From an uncultured bacterium (GTDB lineage: Bacteria; Auribacterota; Erginobacteria; Erginobacterales; Erginobacteraceae), in NCBI GenBank assembly GCA_963822585.1, contig CAWGIE010000026.1:128001-192000 (forward strand): a stretch of DNA of 64,000 nt, written 5' to 3'. Both the position numbers and the translations under genes were made by a program. The notes under the pieces are model-generated. The model was not told where the DNA came from. It was given only the letters and a program-made list of their open reading frames with translations, and did no database searches. Shown piece by piece: positions 21,819 to 32,157 of this stretch. The first letter of the stretch is position 1; each line of letters opens with the position of its first letter.

Positions 21819-22127
21819 TTATTGTCCGGCGATAATGATTTCTTTCCCTTCATCTTCCGGCGTAACGACATGGACAACGTTGCCGGCAACCCTGATTTCA
21901 CTGTTCACTTTCAAAGACTGATTCTGGCTCATCCCGGGATCTACCGTAGCCATATAGTTTCCGCCGAACTGATCGACCAGTTCCACATCGACGGCGGCAG
22001 AAGAATCATTTTTCAAAATAAGGTTCACCGTCTCTGCCTCTTGCGCGTACGCAGCGCTTCCCAGCAGTAAAACCGAGAGGAACAAACCGCCGATTGCGAT
22101 TTTGAACCCTGCATCTATTTTTTTCAT
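21819..22127 (-). CDS. Small secreted hypothetical protein
   Basis: AGGAG RBS, signal peptide (AYA-Q), beta-rich mature part. Confidence 0.65.
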   Translation of the reverse strand: MKKIDAGFKIAIGGLFLSVLLLGSAAYAQEAETVNLILKNDSSAAVDVELVDQFGGNYMATVDPGMSQNQSLKVNSEIRVAGNVVHVVTPEDEGKEIIIAGQ

Positions 22128-22295
22128 GACCGGGTCTCCTGGTTATTAAAAACGGTTAAAAGGTTTTTGTAATAATACCTCGTGCCGAATAATAAAGCGA
22201 CAGGGAAATAAAGACGCAACTCAGTCCCTGTCCCTCATCAATGCCCGGTAACGTCACTTCACACATTCGGCTCCTGCCGATCCACGATCACAGAG

Positions 22296-24770
22296 TTACC
22301 TTGTCACCGGGATGTCACCGGATAGACCGAAATAACAGCGGGTTAGATCTCTGATGGCCCATAGTCCCGATGTTTGCCGGAAGATCCCGATATCATCCCT
22401 CCCGTCACCCTGATAATCTGTCGGGAGAGGTCTGTCGGAACCTCTGCCGAAATAACTTCTCGTTACCCCTCGGATTATCCAGAGACCCGCCGCTGATCTG
22501 AATACCCCAACACCCCATGTCCCGTCGCCGTTATAATCGCCGGGAACAGTCGTATCCGACGATGATCCGAAGTACATCCGGGTCACGCCCCGGATCGCCC
22601 AAAGGCCGGAAGAGGGACGGAAGATGCCGATATTCTTTGAGGCATTCCCTGTGTAATAACCTGGAACAACCGTATCGCCGACGGCGCCGAAATAGACCCG
22701 GCTGATGCTGCGGAGGGCCCAGAGACCGCTGTCTTCCCGGAAGACGGCGGCATCACAGCTGCCGTCACCGTTGTAATCGCCCGGCACGGGGATATCGGAC
22801 GAGGAACCGAAGTAGATTCTGGTGACCCCTCTAATCGCCCATAAACCGGAATTCTCCCTGAAGATCCCGATATCAGTTGTTCCATTGCCGTTGTAGTCGC
22901 CGGGAATGGGCATGTCGGAGGATGATCCAAAATGCACTCTGGTTATTCCCCTGACTGACCACAATCCCGAAGAGCTCCGGAAGATCGCGATGTCGCTGGT
23001 TCCGTTGCCGGTGTAGTCGCCTGAATCCATAATCCACCTAATCCAAAGGGTTGTTGGACGCTCGCACCACTGTCCCCCGGCCGCCGGCCAGCCTGAGGCT
23101 TCAATCGAACGATAGACGTTCACTCTATAGGATTCAGAGAACATTTCAACTCCATGTGCTGGAGCATTGCCTTTGAAATAGACACCTGTTAGGCTGGTGC
23201 AATCGTAGAACGTATAGTCTCCGATCGTGGTGACGCTATCGGAGATGGTGACGCTGGTCAGGCTTTGGCAATGGGAGAACGCATAGTCTCCAATCGTGGT
23301 GACACTATCGGGGATGGTGACACTGGTCAGACTGAAGCACTGGTAAAATGCTTCAACTCCGATCATAGTGACACTGTCGGGGATGGTGACGCTAGTCAGG
23401 CTGCTGCACTGGTAGAATACTCCAAATCCGATCATGGTGACGCTGTTGGGGATGGTGATGCTGGTCAGGCTACTGCAATAGGCGAACGCAACGTCACCGA
23501 TCGTGGCGACGCTGTCGGGGATAATGATGCTGGTCAGACTGAAGCAATCGAAGAACGCATAATCTCCGATCGTGGTGACGCTGTCGGGGATGGTAACGCT
23601 GGTCAGACTGATGCAACGGAAGAACATCCGGTTTCCGATCATGGTGACGCTGTTGCCAATGGTGACGCTGTTCAGGCTGGTGCAACCATAGAATGCTTCA
23701 ACTCCGATTGTGGTAACGCTATCGGGGATGGCAACGCTGTTCAGGCTGGTGCAATTGGAGAATACATAGTTTCCGATCGTGGTGACGTTGTCGGGGATGA
23801 TGATACTGGTCAGCCTCATGCAAGAGGAAAACGCGATGTCTCCGATCATGGTGACGCTGGCTGGGATATCATAGTGCCCTGACTTGCCCCCCGGAAATTG
23901 GATAAGCATAGTTTGATCTTTGTCGAACAATACACCATCTACACTGCTATATACGGGGTTCTCAGGGGCTACTGTGATTGCCGTCAGGCTGTTGCAACCC
24001 TCAAACACAGCCTCTCCAATCGTAATAACGCTGGCGGGGATGGTGACGCTGATCAGGGCGATGCAATGGGAAAATGCGGCATCTCCGATTGTTGTGACGC
24101 TGTCGGGGATGATGATACTGGTCAGCCTTATGCAAGAGGAGAACGCGCTGTCTCCGATCGTTGTGACACTGTTGCCGATGGTGACGCTGGTCAGGCTGCG
24201 GCAAGAGCCGAATGCCTCTTCTCCAATCATGGTGACGCTGTCGGGGATGTTAACGCTGGTCAGGTTGTAGCAAAGGTAGAAGGCATAGTCTCCGATTGCG
24301 GTGACGGTGTTGCCGATGGTGACGCTGGTCAGGCTGTTACAACCGTAGAATGCTTCATCTCCGATTGTGGCGACGCTGTCGGGTATGATGACGCTGGTCA
24401 GGCTGTTGCAACCGAAGAACGCATAGTCTCCGATCGTGGTGACGTTGTCGCCGATAGTGACGCTAGTCAGGTTGTAGCAAAGGTAGAAGGCATAGTCTCC
24501 AATTGCGGTGACGGTGTTGCCGATGGTAACGCTGGTCAGGCTGGTGCAATCTCTGAATGCAGAGTCCCCGATCGTAGTGACAGGATATCCCTCAATCGTA
24601 TCCGGAATGATAACGTCACCCCCAGAACCGACATAGCCGGTGATAGTAACCTCTCCACCTGAGGTCTGGTAGGTAAAATCGCCAGCCTGCGAAGCTATCG
24701 TCGTCGCCAGGAAGAAAACTGCCGCGAGTAACCATACTTTGCCAATTCTCGTCAATGGACTTTTCATCAT
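22296..24770 (-). CDS. BspA-type (LRR_5) leucine-rich-repeat surface protein with six C-terminal FG-GAP-like repeats
   Basis: Signal peptide; 19 'LTSVTIPDSVTTIGDYAFxxC' units; 6 ~40-aa 'GDYNGDGxxDIGIFRxSSGLWAIRGxTRxYFG' units ending IPVTR. Confidence 0.9.
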   Translation of the reverse strand: MMKSPLTRIGKVWLLAAVFFLATTIASQAGDFTYQTSGGEVTITGYVGSGGDVIIPDTIEGYPVTTIGDSAFRDCTSLTSVTIGNTVTAIGDYAFYLCYNLTSVTIGDNVTTIGDYAFFGCNSLTSVIIPDSVATIGDEAFYGCNSLTSVTIGNTVTAIGDYAFYLCYNLTSVNIPDSVTMIGEEAFGSCRSLTSVTIGNSVTTIGDSAFSSCIRLTSIIIPDSVTTIGDAAFSHCIALISVTIPASVITIGEAVFEGCNSLTAITVAPENPVYSSVDGVLFDKDQTMLIQFPGGKSGHYDIPASVTMIGDIAFSSCMRLTSIIIPDNVTTIGNYVFSNCTSLNSVAIPDSVTTIGVEAFYGCTSLNSVTIGNSVTMIGNRMFFRCISLTSVTIPDSVTTIGDYAFFDCFSLTSIIIPDSVATIGDVAFAYCSSLTSITIPNSVTMIGFGVFYQCSSLTSVTIPDSVTMIGVEAFYQCFSLTSVTIPDSVTTIGDYAFSHCQSLTSVTISDSVTTIGDYTFYDCTSLTGVYFKGNAPAHGVEMFSESYRVNVYRSIEASGWPAAGGQWCERPTTLWIRWIMDSGDYTGNGTSDIAIFRSSSGLWSVRGITRVHFGSSSDMPIPGDYNGNGTTDIGIFRENSGLWAIRGVTRIYFGSSSDIPVPGDYNGDGSCDAAVFREDSGLWALRSISRVYFGAVGDTVVPGYYTGNASKNIGIFRPSSGLWAIRGVTRMYFGSSSDTTVPGDYNGDGTWGVGVFRSAAGLWIIRGVTRSYFGRGSDRPLPTDYQGDGRDDIGIFRQTSGLWAIRDLTRCYFGLSGDIPVTR

Positions 24771-24806
24771 TTCTCCTGGTTTCAGGTTATCTTGAAACCC
24801 GTGTTC

Positions 24807-24833
24807 AAAAAAAAGGCGGCCAATCTGCCGCCT
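24807..24833 (-). terminator. Intrinsic terminator in the 5' leader of the LRR gene
   Basis: Minus strand AGGCGGC-agattg-GCCGCCT followed by a U-run, ending 37 nt before ATG 24770. Confidence 0.7.
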
Positions 24834-25002
24834 CGAAAGTCATCCCCAAAATATGTAAAAGTAATGTCCCCAACCCGAATGGCGAAACTCTCCGGGTTGG
24901 AAGGGAATCTGAAATAAGTGCATCTGATTTTGTGGTTCCGGTATTCGGTTCCCAGCGACATCGGTAATATTTGAAGACTAATATTTTTACCCAACTTCCT
25001 GT

Positions 25003-25221
25003 TTATGTCAATAAAATTGTAACGTTTAAATAAACCCGTGATGCCCCCCGGTCCGCCCACAAACCCGTCAAAGACCTGAATGCCTGGATGACCCCAGTAT
25101 CGTACCCATCGTAGGCGTCAAAGCCGGGTTCGTTGTTCTCCCCGCCGTAATACGCCTGCGTCTTCCCCCTCGGTACGAACCGCTCATGGCTGATGTTGAA
25201 ATACGCTATTGGTACAATCAC
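25003..25221 (-). pseudogene. Degenerate relic of the FG-GAP-like C-terminal repeat domain
   Basis: 'IAYFNISHERFVPRGKTQAYYGG...DAYDGYDTGVIQAFRSLTGLWADRGASRVYL' aligns with the repeats of 22296-24770. Confidence 0.55.
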
Positions 25222-25331
25222 CTGGACCTGAGTATACTATGATCACTGAGCAGGGACGCTGCTACCGATATTATCTTTAGCATGGTTAAAAACTAACCCG
25301 TTTTAGGGATACCTCGTGTTAAGAGGCAGTT

Positions 25332-26963
25332 ATGATCGCGAAAGAGGGCAGCCATTTCGATATCATCCTTCTCACCGCGGAATATTATGACGATCATCCG
25401 CTCTCGCCCGCGGGGGTGATCGCCCGGGTCCTTGATGCCGCGGGCTTCAGCGTCGGGATCATCGAGAAGCCCGAAACCGCGGAAGACGTCGCCCGGCTGG
25501 GGACGCCCCGGCTCTTTTTCGGCGTGACGGCCGGCTCCATCGACAGCATGCTGAATAACTACACCCCCTTGAAAAAAGAGCGGACGGCCGACAGACACAG
25601 TTCGGCGACCGCCATGCCCGACCGGGCGGTGATCGCGTACTGCAACCGGATCAAGGAACGCTTCCGGGGGATCCCGATCGTGATCGGGGGGATCGAGGCG
25701 TCGCTGCGGCGGTTCGCTCATTATGATTACTGGGACAACGCGGTCAGGAGAAGCATCCTCTTCGATTCCCGGGCCGACATCCTGGTCTACGGCAACGGCG
25801 AAAAACAGGTGATCGAGATCGCGGAGCGGCTGCGGGACGGGAGAGACCTTGCCGGCATTGCGGGCACCTGCCGGATAAGCCGGGAGCTTCCCCCGTCTTT
25901 TGAACTGCTCCCCTCGTTCCGGGAGGCCGCGGCCGACAAGGTGCTTTTTTGTCGGATGCAGGCGGGATTTTCCAATTTCAAAAACCTGGCCCAGGAATAC
26001 GAGAACAACTTCCTACTCCAGTACCGCTCCCCGGTATACACGCCCGGCGACCTGGACCGGTTCTATTCGCTCCCCTTCACCCGGAAACTGCACCCGGACT
26101 CCCTGCTGGCGATGGCCCGGTTTTCCGTTGTCACTCACCGGGGTTGCCTCGGGCGCTGCAGTTTCTGCTCGCTCGCCCTCCACCAGGGGGACCGCGTCGT
26201 TTCCCGGTCCGAGGAGAGCATCCTCGCCGAGATAAAAAGGCTGACCCGTCACGGAGATTTCAAGGGCTACATCGATGACCTGGGGGGACCGTCCGCCAAT
26301 ATGTACGGGATGGACTGCGACCGGGCCTGCTCGGGCATCTGCCTCACCTGCGGCGAACTGGACAGAAGCCACCGGCGGCTGATCGCGCTTCTGAAAAAGG
26401 CGCGGGCGGTCCCCGGAGTGAAGAAGGTGTTCGTCAGGAGCGGCATCAGGTACGACCTCGCCCTGGAGAGCGAAAAGTACCTGAAGGAACTCTCGGCTCA
26501 TCACATCTCGGGCAGTCTCAAGATCGCCCCGGAGCATTTTTCTCCGGGCGTGCTCACGCTCATGAACAAGGACAACTCCCGGTTTGACGAGTTCGTCAAG
26601 CTCTTCACTTCCCTCAACCGAAATACCCGCCAGTCCCTGCGCCATTACCTGATGATCGGTCATCCGGGGGACGACGAGGAAGAGGTGAAAATACTGCTGA
26701 AGAAGGCCCGGAAGCTCAAAAACATCGAACAATTCCAGATGTTCACCCCCACGCCGATGACCGTTTCCACCTGCATGTACTGGACCGGAATGAATCCTTT
26801 CACGCTGGAAAAAGTCGGTGTGGTTCGCGATTTCCGGACGAAAAAGAGGATGAAGCGGATGCTCCTCGGGATAGCGAAAGGGACCAAAACGCCCGGGGAG
26901 AATACACGGGCGGCGGGGGGCCGTATTGTTCCCCGCAGAAGGGCTAAAAGATCGGGGATATAG
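25332..26963 (+). CDS. ygiQ: YgiQ (UPF0313) family radical SAM protein
   Basis: 'GGIEASLRRFAHYDYW', 'HRGCLGRCSFC', 'DLGGPSANMY', 'SGIRYDL', 'LKIAPEH'. Confidence 0.88.
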   Translation: MIAKEGSHFDIILLTAEYYDDHPLSPAGVIARVLDAAGFSVGIIEKPETAEDVARLGTPRLFFGVTAGSIDSMLNNYTPLKKERTADRHSSATAMPDRAVIAYCNRIKERFRGIPIVIGGIEASLRRFAHYDYWDNAVRRSILFDSRADILVYGNGEKQVIEIAERLRDGRDLAGIAGTCRISRELPPSFELLPSFREAAADKVLFCRMQAGFSNFKNLAQEYENNFLLQYRSPVYTPGDLDRFYSLPFTRKLHPDSLLAMARFSVVTHRGCLGRCSFCSLALHQGDRVVSRSEESILAEIKRLTRHGDFKGYIDDLGGPSANMYGMDCDRACSGICLTCGELDRSHRRLIALLKKARAVPGVKKVFVRSGIRYDLALESEKYLKELSAHHISGSLKIAPEHFSPGVLTLMNKDNSRFDEFVKLFTSLNRNTRQSLRHYLMIGHPGDDEEEVKILLKKARKLKNIEQFQMFTPTPMTVSTCMYWTGMNPFTLEKVGVVRDFRTKKRMKRMLLGIAKGTKTPGENTRAAGGRIVPRRRAKRSGI

Positions 26964-27136
26964 ATATTTGTACGGATTCCGGGGATATTTTGTCTCGCTT
27001 CATATAAACTTTGCCATTTTGAGCCGATAAAAAAATTTGATCTTGGGGAGTCGCGCATTCGCGCGAATATGCGAATAGAAAGATCCTCTGGATGGGATTA
27101 TTTCCGCGGCAGATGAGCGCGGCAGCCGGCCCGGTT

Positions 27137-28150
27137 TTATAACTTCATCAGGTCTGATACCGCAGCCAGGAGTCGTTCGGTGGAGTTTGCATCGGCAATA
27201 TTTTTTCTTAACTCCCCCAGACCGGGCCGGCCGGCCAGGTAACGGACCAGGTGACCGTAAAACTCCCGGCAGGCCGCGTTGCCGGCGTTGATCTCCGGGC
27301 GGCGCCGGATCCGGGCATCCTCGATCAGGTGCCGGTTTAACATCTCCAGGTGATCGGCGATCACCCGAAAGCGCTCCGCGTCCGTCGGGGACGTAAAGGT
27401 TTCCCCCTCCCACCGACACCGGCACTCCTCAAACAGCCAGGGGTTGCCCAGCGCCGCCCGGCCGATCATCACCCCGTCCACGCCGTATCGCTCCATCGCC
27501 CCGACCGCGTCTTCGGCGGTCTCGACTCCCCCGTTTCCGATAACCGGGATGGAGGATGCTTCCGTTACCCTCTTGATCGCCTCCCAGTCGGCCGGCCCCC
27601 GGTGGCGGTCGCCGGCGAAGCGGCCGTGCAGGAAGAGGGCCTTCCCGCCGCCTCCCTCGACGGCCCGCAGGATCTCTCGGATGTTCCCGCGGCCGGGAGA
27701 TAGACCGAGACGGGTCTTGATGGTCACCGGCAGGGAGACGGCCCTCGAGACGGCCTCGACAATCCGTCCTATCTTATCCGGGTCTCTCATCAGGGCGGCG
27801 CCGGCCCCTTTCCGGGTTATCTTCGGGACCGGACACCCGCAGTTGATGTCGATCAGGGAGAACCGCCCCAGGGACTCGATCACCGCCGCCGCCTCGGCCA
27901 GGACTTCGGGGGAATCGCCGTAGAGATGGGCGGCGATCGGTTCTTCTTCCTGGTGCGTCGCCAGGTAGTGCATGGTCGGAGGGGAGCGGCGACACACCCC
28001 CTGAGCGGTTACCACCTCGGTGAAGACCAGTCCGCACCCGAACCGCCGGCAGAGCCGCCGGAAGGGAGAGTTGGTGTAGCCGGCCATCGGGGCCAGGATA
28101 AACGGCGGATCGATAACAAGATCACCTATCTGCAAGCATCGGGATTCCAT
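27137..28150 (-). CDS. dusB: tRNA-dihydrouridine synthase
   Basis: 'LAPMAG', 'IDINCGCP', 'GAGAALM', 'IGNGG', 'MIGRAALGNPW'. Confidence 0.9.
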   Translation of the reverse strand: MESRCLQIGDLVIDPPFILAPMAGYTNSPFRRLCRRFGCGLVFTEVVTAQGVCRRSPPTMHYLATHQEEEPIAAHLYGDSPEVLAEAAAVIESLGRFSLIDINCGCPVPKITRKGAGAALMRDPDKIGRIVEAVSRAVSLPVTIKTRLGLSPGRGNIREILRAVEGGGGKALFLHGRFAGDRHRGPADWEAIKRVTEASSIPVIGNGGVETAEDAVGAMERYGVDGVMIGRAALGNPWLFEECRCRWEGETFTSPTDAERFRVIADHLEMLNRHLIEDARIRRRPEINAGNAACREFYGHLVRYLAGRPGLGELRKNIADANSTERLLAAVSDLMKL

Positions 28151-28319
28151 TTGGAGAATTAATACCTGATTAATCTGTTATGAATAAATTTGAGGCATCA
28201 GTGAAATCAGAACGAAAAATAGGGAGACCAGGGAAGGGGGTGCTCTATTCAAATCCTATTCAATCGTCTGTCATATAAGGGGCCGGGGCAGGGGGCTTCG
28301 AAGAAAAGCACATCGTCTG

Positions 28320-29078
28320 TTATTTCTGATCGGAGGCATGCGCTTGTCGGGCGACTTTCTCGGCGGCCGCGGCCGCGGCGGCGGGATCTCCCAGGTAGTA
28401 ATGGCGGAGAGCCGTGCCTTTCCCGTCCAGCTCGTAGACCAGGGGAATGCCGGTGGGGATGTTGAGATCGGGGATTTCCCGGTCGGAAATTTTATCCAGG
28501 TGCTTGACCAGGGCCCGGAGGCTGTTCCCGTGAGCCGCCACCAGAACCCGGGTCCCTTTCAATACTTCGGGGAGGATCGTCCCGTTCCAGTAGGGCAGCA
28601 CCCGCTCCAAAGTGTCTTTCAGGCATTCGGCGGCCGGGAGCACCGCCGGATCGACGTCATGGTAGCGGGGATCGAAGCGAGGGTGCCGGGGGTCGTCTTC
28701 CGTCAGGGAAGGCGGCCGGACGTCGTAGCTTCGCCGCCAGAGATGCACCTGCTCCTGCCCGAATTTCTCCGCCGTCTCCGCCTTGTTCAGCCCCTGGAGA
28801 GCTCCGTAGTGGCGCTCGTTGAGGCGCCAGGAACGGATGACCGGGATCCACATCAGGTCCAGCCGTTCCTGGACGATCCAGAGGGTGCGGATGGCCCGCT
28901 TGAGGACCGAAGTAAAGGCAAGATCGAAGGAATAGCCGCCTTCCCGAAGTTCCTGTGCCGCCTGTTCCGCCTCCGTGACTCCGGTGGCGTCCAGGTCGAC
29001 GTCGGTCCAGCCGGTAAATCGGTTCTCTTTGTTCCAGGCGCTCTCGCCGTGACGCAGTAAAACGAGTTTCGTAGGCAT
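28320..29078 (-). CDS. gpmA: 2,3-bisphosphoglycerate-dependent phosphoglycerate mutase
   Basis: 'LLRHGES', 'RFTGWTDV', 'LNERHYG', 'AHGNSLR', 'NIPTGIP'. Confidence 0.95.
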   Translation of the reverse strand: MPTKLVLLRHGESAWNKENRFTGWTDVDLDATGVTEAEQAAQELREGGYSFDLAFTSVLKRAIRTLWIVQERLDLMWIPVIRSWRLNERHYGALQGLNKAETAEKFGQEQVHLWRRSYDVRPPSLTEDDPRHPRFDPRYHDVDPAVLPAAECLKDTLERVLPYWNGTILPEVLKGTRVLVAAHGNSLRALVKHLDKISDREIPDLNIPTGIPLVYELDGKGTALRHYYLGDPAAAAAAAEKVARQAHASDQK

Positions 29079-29181
29079 GATCATATTCCTTCTGGGAGTT
29101 CGTTTAAAGACCCACTGTATCGGTTGCTTTATAATGGAGTGTTGGAGTATTGGAGTGATGGGAAAAGGAAGTGTCCGAGGA

Positions 29182-30009
29182 TTATTCTTCTTCTCTTCCT
29201 GGGTTGATGGCGATGATATTGTAGATGGGGTAAGCCACGTTTTCTTTTTTACCCGGGGGGTGCCCGGCAAGAACGTCGTTCTCTAAACGGACCGGCAGGA
29301 TCGTCTCCCGGGAATAGAAGCACTCGTCCTTGTTGTAGAGGATCAGCTCGACCGGAACTTTTCTCCTGATGGCGCAGGTGAGCTCCATCCGCAGTTTCCG
29401 GTAGACGTCACCGGTCTCCCAGGTGAAATCTTTCCGAACCGGGTGGAGATCCTCCAGGGTCCCCCTCCCGTCCCGGTTCAGTTCTTCGATGATCCGTCCC
29501 AGCAGACCGGCGGTGGCCATAACGTCATCGAGTGCCCGGTGGGTGCCGCTGCGCCCGAGATCCAGGGCCGGCCCCAGGCATCTCAGGCAGTGACAGGCAT
29601 AATCGGGCCAGATCTCCTGGCTGAGAAGGATGGTATCTATCGCCGGGTTGGGGAGGGGAGGGCGGCCGATCCGGCGGAGCGAGGTGTCCAGGAACATCAT
29701 GTCGAAATGCAGGTTGTGGGCGGCGATCACCGTCTCCCCGATGAAACCGATGATCTGGCCGGCCGTCTCGGCGAAGGAGGGCGCTGCTTCCAGGCTTGCG
29801 GGAGAGATCCGGTGAGTCGAGAGCGCCTCCGCCGTCTGGGGGGAAGGAGGCCGGAGGAGAGTCTCGAATGAATCGCCGATCTCCCCCCCGGAGAAGTGCG
29901 TCATCCCGATCTCGATGATCCCATGCCCGTCCCCCGGGTTGACCCCGGTGGTCTCGGTATCAAGAATCGTGAAATGTACTTCTTTGATTGGCGTATTCAG
30001 AGCCGGCAT
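29182..30009 (-). CDS. DEDDh 3'-5' exonuclease (DnaQ-like) with a C-terminal WYL-like domain
   Basis: 'LDTETTG', 'AHNLHFD', 'HRALDD'; tail '[13 protein letters not shown]...[10 protein letters not shown]'. Confidence 0.75.
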   Translation of the reverse strand: MPALNTPIKEVHFTILDTETTGVNPGDGHGIIEIGMTHFSGGEIGDSFETLLRPPSPQTAEALSTHRISPASLEAAPSFAETAGQIIGFIGETVIAAHNLHFDMMFLDTSLRRIGRPPLPNPAIDTILLSQEIWPDYACHCLRCLGPALDLGRSGTHRALDDVMATAGLLGRIIEELNRDGRGTLEDLHPVRKDFTWETGDVYRKLRMELTCAIRRKVPVELILYNKDECFYSRETILPVRLENDVLAGHPPGKKENVAYPIYNIIAINPGREEE

Positions 30010-30056
30010 ATCAGCAAGATACGATGACGCAACAACATTATCGGGATTTTCACGAC

Positions 30057-30201
30057 AAATTCTAAATCCGAAATTCTAAATCCCAAACAAATACAAAATT
30101 CAAACGTCCAAAACCAGATATGGATGAAGTCTCTGTTTTGAATTTACTATTTTGGATCATTTGAAATTATTTAGGATTTAGTATTTGGAAATTGGGATTT
30201 C
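30057..30201. repeat. 7-bp-periodic AT-rich inverted repeat element
   Basis: AAATTCTAAATCCGAAATTCTAAATCCC...TTTAGGATTTAGTATTTGGAAATTGGGATTT; sibling of 8383-8610. Confidence 0.75.
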
Positions 30202-30232
30202 GGAGATTACTCGTGAAACGAGTAATCTCCGT

Positions 30233-31930
30233 TCACATCCTTCCATGCCGCAGGATCGTGATCAGGAGCCAGAAGCCCATGATTCCGGCGACCAGGAAAC
30301 CCACCACGCCGATGATGGGGATATCGTTCCATTTGGGGGGGATGCCGGAGAGGACGATCAGGGAGGAGCCGATGACCAGCGCCGCCAGAACGATGGCGAA
30401 GGCCACCCGGTTGCTGGACCGATCCAGCGTGGACAGGAAAAGTTCCAGGCCCCGGTGCTGGAAGATAATCTTCAGCTTCCCGGATCGGGTCTGTTTGAGG
30501 ATCGCGCGGACTTCTTCCGGGACAACCCTGAGAAGCGTGAAAAGTTCACTCCCGGATTCAGAGAGTTCTTCCGCGATCCGCCGGGGGCTGAAACGGGCCA
30601 GCTGCAGGCGGGTGACGAACGGTTTCACCCGGCTGATGATCTCGAAACCTGGATCCAGCTTGACCCCCAGGGATTCCACCTGGCTGAGCGCCTTCATCAT
30701 TAGATAAAAATTCGGCTTGATGGTCAGGGAGTGCGCGGTCGCCAGCTCCAGCAGCTGCTGGAGCACCTTCCCCAGTTCGAGGTCTTTCAGGGGCTGGTAC
30801 AGATTCTGATCGGTAAACGCGGCGATATCGCGCTCCAGCGTCTCCCGGTCGGGTTCCTCGTCATGATCGGTCAGGGCCAGGACCATCTCCACGGTCTTTT
30901 TCTCGTCCTTCCTGACGATCGCCAGGAGCAGGGCGCCGAAGTCCTCCCGTTCATGCCGGTTGATCCTCCCCATCATGCCGAAGTCGATATAGCAGATAAT
31001 ATTATCCGGAAGGATAAAGATGTTCCCCGGATGGGGATCGGCGTGAAAGAAGCCGAACTCGAAGATCTGCTCCATCATCAGGTCAGCGCCGCGTTCGGCG
31101 ATCAGCTTGCAGTCATATCCTTCCCGGTGAAGGGAGTCGATATCCGACACCTTGATCCCGTGGATGTTCTCCAGAACCAGTACCCTCTCCGTGGAAATAT
31201 CCCGGTAGACCCGGGGTACCCGAATCATCGCGTTATCCTTGAACTGGTCGGCGAAGCGCACCACATGGGAAGCCTCAATGGTATAGTTGATCTCTTCTCC
31301 CAGTGTCCGGGCGAACTCCCGCACGATCCGGCTCGGCTTCACGATCTGCAGTTCGGTCAGATGCCGTTCCATCAATCCCGACAGGTGGAGCATGATCTCG
31401 AGGTCGATCTCGATCGTGTGTTTGATGTCCGGCCGCTGTACCTTAACTACAACGTCCGTTCCGTCTTTCAGGGTAGCCCGGTGGACCTGGCCGATCGACG
31501 CCGCCGCCAGCGGCTTCTCTTCGAAATCCCGAAAGAGCTCATCAGGCGACTGGCCGGTCTCGGTCTCGATGATTAACCGGACCTCCTCGTAAGGGAAGGG
31601 AGGCACCTCATCCTGGAGTTTGCTGAGTTCCTTGATGACGGAGAGCGGAACCAGGTCGGGACGCGTGGAGAGGACCTGTCCCAGTTTGACGAAGGTGGGG
31701 CCGAGTTCCTCCAGGGCCAGCCGCAGCCGCTGGGGAGCGGTCAGGGTGTGGAGCTTTTCCCTCCGTTTGCGGGAGATCTTCTGGAGGCCCAGTTCGACGA
31801 GCTGCTCGATCTTCAGGGTGTCGAGCAGTTCCCCGAACCCGTATTTAAAAAGAACCTGCAGTATCTGCCGGTACCGGCCGATATGCCGGTATGTCCGGCT
31901 GATGCCGGTAAGTTGACGGATGCTCAGCAT
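30233..31930 (-). CDS. ABC1/AarF/UbiB family atypical kinase
   Basis: '[10 protein letters not shown]', 'AAASIGQVH', 'VVVKVQRP', '[10 protein letters not shown]', 'IDFGM'. Confidence 0.92.
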   Translation of the reverse strand: MLSIRQLTGISRTYRHIGRYRQILQVLFKYGFGELLDTLKIEQLVELGLQKISRKRREKLHTLTAPQRLRLALEELGPTFVKLGQVLSTRPDLVPLSVIKELSKLQDEVPPFPYEEVRLIIETETGQSPDELFRDFEEKPLAAASIGQVHRATLKDGTDVVVKVQRPDIKHTIEIDLEIMLHLSGLMERHLTELQIVKPSRIVREFARTLGEEINYTIEASHVVRFADQFKDNAMIRVPRVYRDISTERVLVLENIHGIKVSDIDSLHREGYDCKLIAERGADLMMEQIFEFGFFHADPHPGNIFILPDNIICYIDFGMMGRINRHEREDFGALLLAIVRKDEKKTVEMVLALTDHDEEPDRETLERDIAAFTDQNLYQPLKDLELGKVLQQLLELATAHSLTIKPNFYLMMKALSQVESLGVKLDPGFEIISRVKPFVTRLQLARFSPRRIAEELSESGSELFTLLRVVPEEVRAILKQTRSGKLKIIFQHRGLELFLSTLDRSSNRVAFAIVLAALVIGSSLIVLSGIPPKWNDIPIIGVVGFLVAGIMGFWLLITILRHGRM

Positions 31931-31931
31931 T

Positions 31932-32157
31932 ATAAATTGGCTCGCTGCGCTCGCGAATTTATGTTGGATCGTCCTTCACTTCGTGAAGGACTTGTAGGAT
32001 CAGAATGCCTCCGGCATTCTTTGTAGGAAATGTTGGATCGCTCCTGCCTACCGGCAGTCGCTTGCAGTTCGGCAAGTCTGGCCGTAGGCGAGGCGATACT
32101 ACATTTCCTACAACTCCTCTAACTCCTGTGGCGAAAGCGGAAGGACGATACTGCACT
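31932..32157 (-). repeat. Composite palindromic element ending at the ubiB-like start codon
   Basis: Both ends and the internal ACATTTCCTACAA and GTCCTTCAC..GTGAAGGAC motifs are shared with 56941-57112. Confidence 0.8.

Noticed and set aside
23100..24600. DNA tandem array or DGR template
   Set aside because: The 69-bp periodicity is explained by 23-aa LRR coding; no reverse transcriptase and no adenine-specific TR/VR pair seen
29079..29270. Extended gpmA N-terminus
   Set aside because: Overlaps the upstream exonuclease gene and an 8-bp repeat arm; the RBS fits ATG 29078
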